A DNA stretch of 64,000 bases, taken from assembly GCF_009834535.1 (NCBI RefSeq), contig NC_045697.1, positions 30,754,001-30,818,000 of the forward strand. Reading direction: 5' to 3'. Below the pieces are notes generated by a model, which saw only the letters and a program-made list of their open reading frames with translations, was not told where the DNA came from and ran no database searches. Shown here piece after piece: positions 1-64,000 of this stretch (its first letter is position 1; every line of letters starts with the position of its first letter). The translations under genes and the position numbers were made by a program. The DNA is from Camelus ferus (lineage: Eukaryota).

Positions 1-504
1 ACTCCCTAGACTGTATTTCAGTGGGACGGAGACCACGCATGTTTACCATGGGTTCTCAGGCCTCACACAGAACCTGGCATGTGGTAGGGGCTTAACAAAA
101 GATCTTGAGCTGAAACTAAGTCGAATAATGATCTTAACAGTTATAGAGGTTTATTTATTTCTTCTCCTCTTACTCAGATTAGAATATCCAGTTATTTGAC
201 TCATGTTTCTTTCTTTCTACATTGCTTGAGATATTAAATATTTAAATAGTATCCATTCTAAAAAGCAAATCTATGGGCTCTACACCCCCAAAACGTGGGG
301 ACCATGTGTCTCAAGATTTTAATACAGGGAAACAAAATAAAAACAATGGGTGGGAACAGCATGTAACAGGATCTAAATTATCAACATTTATTGTTAAATC
401 TTACTTTAGGGAACTCTAAGTAAAATAATAATGATCCTGTAAGATATTAGTAGCATATGATTTCTTTTTATTCTAATCATGCTTTAATGCCATATTAAAC
501 TCAC

Positions 505-54529
<54,025 letters not shown>

Positions 54530-56589
54530 CTGGAAAGAGAAAAGGTGACAGCTTTAAGAACAATTTTAATTACTTATCCAAAGCCCACCTCTGATGAAAT
54601 GATCATTTTGGATGAACAGCTTCAAATAAATTAACTAGTAATACTTTTTTCAGGTTTAAAAAGAATTATGACAGCAGGGATATGTAAAACTATACAGAGA
54701 AGCAACCAATGCACATTTTAGATCCCACAATAAAACATTACTAATGGTAATCTTGCTGGTGTCGGCTAGGGGCTTTCTTCAGCACAAGGAAGAATTACAG
54801 GGCTTGGCTGGAGGAGAAAGCTATAAAAATGACTTGAAAAGGGGAGTGACAAGCTTAACATGTATCTCAGAAGCTGTAACAGCAGCAATGTTAAAAAAAA
54901 AAAGATTTACAAGTCTAGAAGGAATGGATTTCAAATTGGTTAGTAAAAATTTAACACACAATCCAACAGATTAAAAAATCTGTACCTTTAGCTTTATAAT
55001 AATGCAAAATAGCAAATGTTTCTTTTTGGTTGACGGAGGAGAAATGAAAGAAGAGGCTCCTATTAAATTATGATGGGGGGTTGATATTTCTTAGTGTTTA
55101 CTACTGCTTCCCAATAGTAAAGTTACTCAATATATCTTTTTTTCCCCCAAAATGTGTCTGCGGCATAATACTTATATACTAGTAGACACTAAAAGATAAA
55201 ACAGGAAAGAGAGTAATGTGAAGTAGGTAGCACTTACTTAAGGACTTAGTACTTAAAAAAAGGAATAAGTCAAGGTCAGTCAACAAATTACCCTGACAGC
55301 AAATTCCAAGGGCTAAGCTAATATTTGCTTTGTTTAACACAGTAGTCCCTGGAAACAGCACAGTTCCTGGCACGAAGTAGCTACTGAATTAACATTTTGC
55401 AAGATGAATAATTTAAAGGAATGAAAACATTAGATTCAGTTTCTTGTGAAGCTGGAGGAGACAGATGCTGAACCGTCTGAAGTAAATCACAGTGAGAATA
55501 ATCCTCAAAATGCTCAAGGGCAGATCTAACGCTAATTACAGGTCTGGAAACCAGTGTTACAATTTAAATTATGTTAATCTAAATATAACCTTTTTGTGTT
55601 TCAAAATCCCCTGAGCCCTGGGGACTGTGTTTTATTCATTTCTGTACGTCTAGCACTTCCTAGAACTCCTGGCACATCAGACACTCCAGTGCTTGCTAAG
55701 CAGATAAACAAATGCAACGATGAATATCTTACAGTGGGTTTTGGCGAATCAACTTCATTGATTTAAATAATAATGATCATTCCAAGCTGAAGAGCTAACA
55801 CTGAACTATTTCCAGGGCAGTACCTGTAACTCTATGAATAGGTTAAAGTTCTAATTTTTATAGTATTCGCATGGTTTAGGGGTCAAGGACCTGAGCCCTG
55901 GGCATCTACAACTGATCCCTATTTTCTAATACACAAAACTTGAACTGCTGCAGAACTTGTCCAAAGTGATGCCAGGAATAAAAGGGCTCCCTAATGTTGT
56001 TCCTGGAGTCACAGGGGTTTAGAGCATGAGACTCAGAGTAAAAACGCCCTAGGTACAGAGGCCACCTCCATCACTGTCTCGCAGTACCTTCCTCAAAATC
56101 AGTTGCTACAAAGAATAAAGAACAAATTATAGGACTCTGCCCTTTAATCACTGACCCCGGTGGCTGCAGTATTAAGTCCTCCATAACAACCAAGATTACC
56201 CGACTCTGAACGATGGGGCTGAAATTTGCATCTATTTACATGAGAAAAAAGATCCTGTTCAGCAGTATTTAGAGCTCTTTATTGCCATTTATTTTCTTCT
56301 AATCTCATCTCATATTAGTAAACATTCCCCATTGAAATACTTCGGTTTTTAAAAAAAATCAGTGTCCAATATTTCTAAAATCAAGAGGTTTGACATGAAA
56401 ATGAAGCCTTCAGGCTTATCTGGGAAGCTCAGGTCAGTCCATTCCTGCACTGTGACAGCGGCTGGACGGAGCGGTGGCCACTCTTTTGGATGGGGCTCAC
56501 CACTCCATCACCACTTGTGGTTTGCTTCTGCTTTATACACGCAGCCTGCTTCCTGTATGTAGGGCACCTGGCTCAAGCTTATGAGGTTT

Positions 56590-58330
56590 TCTTCTGTTAA
56601 TCGAGGTAAAACTTACAACGAAATGTGTAGACCTTAAGTGTTCTGTTCAATGAGTTTTAAAAGCTGTAAACACCTGTGAATCCACCACTCAAAACAAGAT
56701 ACAACTCCAGAGAGACTCCTCGTGTCCCTTTACAACCTACCCTCACCCCCTGGGGCAAATATAAATTACTCACCATAGATTAGTTTTGCATTTCATATAC
56801 CCCGAATCACACACGATGTATGCATTTTTGTACTGAGCTTTCAATCAAGATATCTGAGATTCTGTTTAAAAGATGTTTCTTTCCCCCATTAAATTGACAC
56901 AGTCCTACGGTAGATCAACTTACGGATTCTGTATTTATTCCACTCATCAGTTTACATATTTTCACACCAGTACACACCACCTTGATCACTGTAACTTCAT
57001 GGCAAGTTTTGAAGTCAGACAGCCATCCTATGTTGTTCTTTTTTAATATTGTTTTGGCTATTTTTGGGGGGAGGGATTTTCTTCTGGAATCAATTTTTCT
57101 CAATTGAAGAATAGCTGATTCACAATGTTGTATTAGTTTCAGGTATACAGCAAAGTGATTCAGCTATACATGTATATATTTCCCAGATTCTTTTCTATTA
57201 TAGGTTATTACAAGAGATTAAATACAGCTTCCTATGCTAAACAGTAAATCCTTGTTGTTTATCTATTTTACATATAGCAGTTTGTATCTTTTAATTCAAT
57301 ACTCCTAATCTATCCTTCCTCCCCATCCCTTTCCCCTTTGGGAATCTTAAGTTTGTTTTCTGTGAGTCTGTTTCTGTTTTGTATATAGATTCATTTGTAT
57401 TATTGTTTAGATTCCACATATAAGTGATATCATATAAGATTTGTCTTTCTCTGCCTGACTTAGTTCATTTAGTATGATAATCTCTAGGCCCACCCATGTT
57501 GCTGCAAATGGCAATATTTCACTCTTTAATATGCCATTGTGTGCACATGTATATATATACACACACACATATTCATCTTCTTAAACCAGTTGTCTGGTGA
57601 TGGGCATTTAGGTTGCTTCCACGTCTTGGCTATCGTAAACAGTGCTGCTACGATCACATGAAAAGATGCTCAGCATTCCTGATTGTGAGAGAAACGCCAA
57701 TCAAAACCACAATGAGGTGTCACCTCACACCAGTCAGAAAGGCCATCATCAAAAAGTCTACAGATAATAAATGCTGGAGAGAGTGTGGAGAAAAGGGAGC
57801 CCTCCTACACTGTGGGTGGGGATGTAAACTGGTGTAACTACTATGGAAAACAGTATGGAGATTCCTTCAAAAATCAAAAAGAAAGCTATCATATGATCCA
57901 GCAATCCCACTCCTAGGCATCTATCCAAAAAAGACAAAAACTCTAATTTGAAAACATACACATTTCGAGTTCTTTGCATTTCCATGTGATTTAAGAATGA
58001 AATTGTTAATTCTTTAAAAAAAAGAAAAGAAAAGAAAAATCCCCCAGACTCCTGGGACTTTGACTTGGAGCTTGATTCTTTCAATTCATGGGCAGGCTAT
58101 ACCTCCCCATTTATTTATGTCTTCATAAATTTTCACCAGTACGTTTTTGTAGTTAACAGTGTTTGGCTCTTTCATTAGATTTAATTTTTGATATTTGATG
58201 ATCTTTTTCTTATATTTTTTACCCCATTTTCCAGTTAGTCACTGGTAGTATATAGAAATGCATTAAACTTTCATACAATGACTTTGTCATTGTGTAATTT
58301 TGTTAAATTCACTTACTCAGGTAGGGTTTT
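56590..58330 (-). mobile_element. Older fragmented L1 hosting the twin-primed L1
   Basis: The L1 antisense phrase ttgttttggctatt...tctttgcatttccat is split across the younger insertion. ORF 56915..57103 contains PKIAKTILKKNN, which is L1 ORF2-like. Confidence 0.65.
57095..57962 (-). mobile_element. L1 with 5' inversion (twin priming), inserted in an older L1
   Basis: Antisense 3' part 57095-~57654 ends at aaacagtgctgctacga. It is followed by sense ORF2-end sequence cacatgaaaagatgctc...ctctaatttgaaaacataca (ORF 57613..57837, [18 protein letters not shown]). Confidence 0.85.
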
Positions 58331-58539
58331 TTGGTTTTGTTTTTGTAGCAATACTTTCTAATAAACTTAATTTCTGTTTGTTAACAATGCTGAATTATGA
58401 TTTTTGGCAGTTCTATTATGCACATATGCCTCACAGTTTATCCCACTATTTTTAAACTCTGCTGTTCTTATGCAAAGAAACAAAAAAACCTTTGGAAATC
58501 ACGAATAGTTTTTACTACTAAAAATATCCTGTTGATTTC

Positions 58540-59310
58540 ATGCCCTAAGCATCTCAAATCCTGCCAACTTTTATCTCCTCCACCATCACCAACCCCAGCA
58601 TCCCTACTTCAAGCACTCCTACTCCCAAATGGAGCTCTGAATTAGCCTCAACACCAGTTTCCTGCATTCGCTCTTGATTTAATTTAGTTTCTATGGCATA
58701 GCTATAATGGCTAAGTACAATGATTTTACATATAAGTACAATTATGGATTATTATGTATACATGGATTAAATGCATATATCTCTACACACATACATATAC
58801 AAGACTAGGTCACTCCTTGCTTAGAACTCTTCAACTGGCTTCTCTTGGCTGGTAAAATGAAGTTCAAACATCTAGAAGGTTTCTGACGAAGCAGCACCTG
58901 CCTCCTCTCCATCATGACCCTCTGCCCCTGTCCTGTGTCCACCCTGATGAAAGCAGCTTGCTCTTCCCAGCCTCAAATCCTATGCACACGTTTCCATGAC
59001 TGGCACACACTTTTCCTCCATCCTCACCTAGATAACTTCCATACGTCTTCCAGATCTCAGCTTTAACACCACTTTCTCAGGGGACATTTTTTGACACTAC
59101 TCTTTTACCACTCCCCTCAAGTCTAAGTGAGCTTCCTACACTTCTCCTTCAGAGCACTTGTGACAGTTTTACTATATATTTAGTTGAGAGAGGATTTACT
59201 AAAGATTTTCTTCTCCCCTAGACTCCAAGATCTGTGACAACAGGAATTTTTTCTATTCTGTTCACTGCTATGTTCCCAGCATTACAATGCAGGAACACAA
59301 AAGTGTTCGG
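58540..59310 (+). mobile_element. L2 3' remnant
   Basis: gtcactccttgcttagaactcttcaactggct...ctagactccaagatctgtga...tgttcactgctatgttcccagca. Confidence 0.65.
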
Positions 59311-59477
59311 TCAACACCTGCTGGATGGAAAGCTGGATCCACTGATGTTGCTATGTGTTTGGGACTATATGAAGCCATGGTATAGTTATACAGATTTATG
59401 AAATATACAACCCCGCTCCTAGTAGATCTCATGTTAAAAACAATATATATACAATGTATAAAACAATAGGAAAACAC

Positions 59478-60067
59478 TTTGGCATTTCCTCAAAAAGTTA
59501 AGCACAGAGCTATCATGAGATACAGAAATTCCACATCTAAGTGTATATCCAAGAGAACTGAAAACATATGTACACACAAAAACTTATACACAAATGTTCA
59601 TTGCAGCATTATTCATAATAGGCAAAAAGTGGAAACAACACAAATGTCCATCAACCAATTAATGGATAAACAAAAGAGGTATACCCATACAACAGAATAT
59701 TATTCAGCCATAAAAAGGAATGAAATGCTGATACATGCTATAATACGGATGAATATTGAAGATATGCTAAGTGAAAGAAGCAGATACAAAACGTTACATA
59801 TTGTATGATCCCATTTATAGAAAATACCCAGAATAGAAAAATTCATAGAGACAGAATGTAGATTCGTGGTTGTTAGGGGCTCATGGAAGGGGACAGTGGG
59901 GACTGACAGTTTATATGTATGGGGTTTCTTTCTTGGGGTAATGAAAATATTCCAGAATCAGATAGTGGCGATGGGTGCATAACTGTGAATACACTGAAAA
60001 ACACTGAACTATATACTTGAAAATAATGAATTTTATGGTATGTGAATTATAGCTCTATTAAAAAAAG
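59478..60067 (+). mobile_element. L1MB-like 3' end
   Basis: aaatgttcattgcagcattattcataat...tattcagccataaaaaggaatgaaat...gtatgtgaattatagctctattaaaaaa; accounts for ORF 59479..59808. Confidence 0.85.
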
Positions 60068-61029
60068 CTACATAAAATGATGCCAATGAACTATTTAAAC
60101 ATTTGCTTAAAATAGACTCCTCAGTTTTATAAGTTCCTAAAATGACTCCAGTGTGAGCCACTGGAAGCAGTTACACAACAGTTAGATGCACTAATGTTCT
60201 TATGTGTTTGGGACATGAACGTCCTCTGATGTCAGCTCTGGGCCACCCTATCCAGCTCTGAAATCTGAACTAGCCCTCTGTGAAATGCTGCCACTTCCAA
60301 GATGTTTGTCCGTTCACATCTAAAAATAGTCTGGAATCACTCTACTGGGTGCCACTTGCCAGGATGGGAGATGTCACAACAGGCTGCCCAAACTCAGCAG
60401 ACCGTGCCAGGGAATCTTTGCTCCACGAAGAAGGGTGGCAGCCTGCGGCATTTCCACGGAAACCATCCAAATCTGCTTCACTTCTCCATCTTCGTTATCT
60501 GCTCATTCCCCTCAACCCTGCTCAGATGGCTTCTCTATGCACATTGAACCCTATCTACCTCCCCCTAACTGACCCTTCTGCACTTTTCTCCCTCTATTAA
60601 TTAACCTGTCCCCCCATCCCCTAGGGGATGTCTGCCTCCACCCAAACAGTACATCCAGCTACTCTCTTCTCCCCTATTCTCCAACTAAACGGTTCCTCTC
60701 TGCTCATCACTGAAGACATACACTGGAAAATACAGCTTACTGCAAAATGTACATGTCTAAGAAACTTTTAAATACGTATTCAGCCAACAATGTACAAGCC
60801 AACAGGATTTACATAAAGGAAAAGCTGAGATTCCCTCATCTCACGGCACTTTCTCAAGGTAAGGAATGCTAATTGATGCACCCTTCACATACCTTTCCCT
60901 GGACAAACATGTGCATATTTGTTTTCTTTCTTTTTAAAAATGTATTTCTCTGCAACTTGGTTTCCCACTTAACAAAAGATACTTTCAGGACAAAGTATAA
61001 AGACGGCTTATTTTTGAAAAACAATCCAG

Positions 61030-61547
61030 TGTACGATGGGTCAGATAATTGAATAGACTCACAAGACTCCCCACGGTGTATTCATAAAAAGCTTTAATCA
61101 AAGTAGAGGATATGGTACAGCAGGAAAACAAAAGCCTAGGTAAGCATCAGGGGCCTGGAAATTTCTAGGCACAGTCCCCTGGGGTCCCTTTCCATCCACC
61201 TAGGGCAAGAATTTTGAACCTCTATGATATGTACAATAAATCTTTATTTCAGGGAAGCCTGGGGAAAAGCTTCCAGGGGGTCTTTTATACCCTCTAGCCA
61301 ATGAGATAAGCTAGGCTATGTAACAGGTAAAACCAGGTAAGCCATCAATCTATATACATCCTTAAACTGAGCAGAGAGGCTAGTTTCAGATGCTCCAGGG
61401 AGTTTCAAACCCTACACAGCGTGTTAATTCACCAGGGAGTCCATCTCGTCTTGCTCGTGGCCAAGGTTGGGCATCACAATTCCCAATGTCCCTGAGACAA
61501 GCAGAGAGCGATTCCAGTCCAGCTGCAAAACAGCTCTGTTTTACACA
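61030..61547 (-). mobile_element. Probable solo LTR (MER21/MER68-like) inside an old L1 3' remnant
   Basis: TG...CA ends and the motif gactcacaagactc...ctttaatcaaag. Flanks ccag/acag are an imperfect match. Confidence 0.5.
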
Positions 61548-63854
61548 ACAGCTGTATCATAGTATAGTCAACTATCCTCCTGTTGATGGAAATTCTGACT
61601 TCTATTTTTTTCTACCACCTCAAACAACACTGAAATATATCCACATGATTATATTCCACAGGAGAGGGTCCCCAAAGAGTGCTGCTAGCTCAAGGGCATT
61701 TGCATTTATACTTTCATCATACACAACTACATGACTTCCCTGCTGCGATCCACACTGTCACCAGCACTACGTGAGGTTCCACTGACTATGAACTCAGAAA
61801 GGCACAAATTGCTATCAGCCATCTGAATTTTGTCCATCTGATGGGCATTTGGTATTTATTCTGAAAGCTTCCATGGCCTGGATTATTCCAAGTGTAAATT
61901 ACCTTTATGTCCTACTCTGAGTTAGAATTCTAACTAAGTAGAGCAACACATCTCTGGATATAGCACAGAACCTTGCTACTCAACAGGTTGTCCAGAGACC
62001 TGTAGCATCAGCTTTCCTGGAGGCTTCTTAGAACTAAGGATATGTTTCTATCCACCGCCCCCTCCCCCAACCCCAATTCATTTGTTTTTGAAATACGAAA
62101 CTGGAACACAGAAATAAAAGCTCGAAGTGCACAGCTTCTTCAAATCTGCGGCTAGACCCATCTTAGGATATGGAGAACAATGCAGAATTCTGGTGAAGTT
62201 GAAAATCAACTCACAACATACAAATCAAGGCTTGAATACTGGTCAAGGATAAAAGTCGGTTACAGTTCATTGTTGTTTCTACTTCTGAACTGGTTCCTAA
62301 GTGGCCAACTGGAGAACAATTAAAATAGACCACGTCACATGCTGGTGACTAAAACAGTAACCTAGTTATTTTTTAACCGCTGACTTCCTCTGACCTGGCT
62401 CGAACCAGGTGTAGAGGAAACAAGGAAAAATGCCGGGTCTTTTGCTGAATTTTTAGCTTTCTTGCGCCAAAAGTACACCTACTTTACAACTTTGGAGTGT
62501 AAGAGGTCAAGAAGGGAAGCCACGGAGGAGGTGATTAGTGAAGCCTGGTAGGGACAGAGGGGACAGAGCATGCAAGGACAGAGCTGACAATGGCCTGTCT
62601 TATGACGCTTTAACAGCTCCTTCTTTTAAATGCAAAGCTCCTCCACTTCTCCCCAGTTCCCCAAACACACCTGCCACAGTTTCCACACAGGCTAATTAGT
62701 CTGACAGCATGCATGGGAGGGCTCAGCACCTCAAGTGTGACCTGCCTTTACTTAGCAGGATGCCACTGAACAGCTTTGTTGTAATGGGTTTTCTTTCTCG
62801 AAATGAAAACATTCTGTTAGAGTCCCTTGGGAATCTGCTGATCAGATCAAAGGCCCTGGAGCAACTGTCAGTCTCTCAGGACTCATCGTAAGGGTACAGG
62901 TGCCAGCTTGGCTTCTCTGAGAGAAGCCGCCAGCCCTGCAATCGAACTCGTCTACCACTGGGGCCGTTCCTGAGCAATCAAGCCACTTCTTGAAGTGTGT
63001 AACAAGAGGCAAGTTGTCCAAAAGGACAATGGGCACCACCGCTGTCACAGAAGACAGAGAAATCACAGAAAAGGCAGTATGCTGCAATTTCTAGGTGGGA
63101 GTAAGCCCTGAAGAGGAACTTCAGTTCACCAACAAGGTTAAGAGTGCAACTGACTGAACTCTGACTTTGAAACAGGCCGAGAAGGAAAACCAACAGAGCC
63201 ACGTTAAAGCATCAAGTTGGTCCACTACGCAGACCCTTACTTACAAAGACAACTTGAAGGCAAAAATCTCTTGTGCAACAAACTGACATTGCACAGAGGT
63301 CTCCTGCACGAACGTGTCTACAAAGGTCAAGTTAAGCAACAGTCTGCTTGGGGTCTTAACACAAAAGACAACAGGGAAGTCCTCAGTTCCCCACTCGTCC
63401 ACATTCTCTGAAGAGATTTCCAGTGAGTTGATATCACTTCTATCAACTCACTTATAAAACCTTTAACAGTGGTCAGCACTAGCAATCAGCCTCACCGAGC
63501 ATTTCTTAGCAGTGAGATGCTGGGATCCTGTGCAAGGCCTACAGAAACTACAGGGGTGGGTCCCGGCAAGCTGTTTGAGAACCAGTGACTTATTAAAAAA
63601 AAAATATGTGTGAGATGATGTGACCAGAGCACAAGGGTCAACAATTTCCTTTGTCAAAATATTTTCCCTCAATCCTGCTCACCACCATGAAACACTTGCT
63701 TTTTCCTTTATGTAATGAAGAAATTCCTTGAAAGAAAAATCTCCCTCCACTGCCTCACCAGTCATTCCACCCTTCCCTGCAACCAGGCTTCAGTTCTCAG
63801 AGCTCCACAACTGCTCTCCAGTTTGGAATCAGAACTCCAATTAAGAACGGTGAC

Positions 63855-64000
63855 TTTTTTGTTTTTAAATTGAAGTACAGTTGATTTACAATATTGTTTA
63901 GTTTCAGGTGTATAGCACAGTAATTCAGTTTTTTTCAGATTATATTTCCATTATAGGTTATACAAGATATTGAGTATAATTCCCTGTGCTATACAGTAAA
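63855..64000 (-). mobile_element. Young L1 3' end, truncated by the window edge
   Basis: tttttaaattgaagtacagttgatttacaatattgtttagtttcaggtgtatagcacag. Confidence 0.85.

Noticed and set aside
62842..63411. Cluster of short ORFs in a GC-richer patch
   Set aside because: No recognisable protein or retrocopy hallmarks; a BLASTX search would settle it.
54530..64000. Search for ATP8A1 exon 5 (KRHKADNAVNKKQTQ)
   Set aside because: Not found by eye; presumably beyond the window end, so this stretch is treated as intron 5.

Overview
This is AT-rich mammalian genomic DNA, most likely from a camelid, as judged by two vic-1-like tRNA-Ala-derived SINEs. The whole window lies inside the P4-ATPase phospholipid flippase gene ATP8A1 on the minus strand. 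I traced 17 GT-AG exons by hand: coding exons 6-21 (human numbering from memory) plus a second, paralogous exon 7. They splice into one uninterrupted frame covering the actuator domain (DGET), TM3-TM4 (PISL), the DKTGT phosphorylation site and the N-domain. The most interesting structure is the pair of 74-nt mutually exclusive exons at 48331-48404 and 45045-45118: including both, or skipping both, gives an immediate stop codon. The upstream copy regenerates a 5' splice site (possible recursive splicing), and the downstream copy has a 126-nt AG-free zone. There is also a 45-nt cassette exon with neural-microexon-like motifs. Introns contain an SFT2D1 processed pseudogene nested in a HAL1-like element, an ERV1-type solo LTR, a twin-primed L1, short L1 tails and old L2/MIR/DNA-transposon fragments. 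I found no convincing wholly new biological system. The alternative exons are, as I recall, known in human and mouse, while the proposed splicing mechanisms are hypotheses. Repeat family names come from pattern recognition, not database searches.
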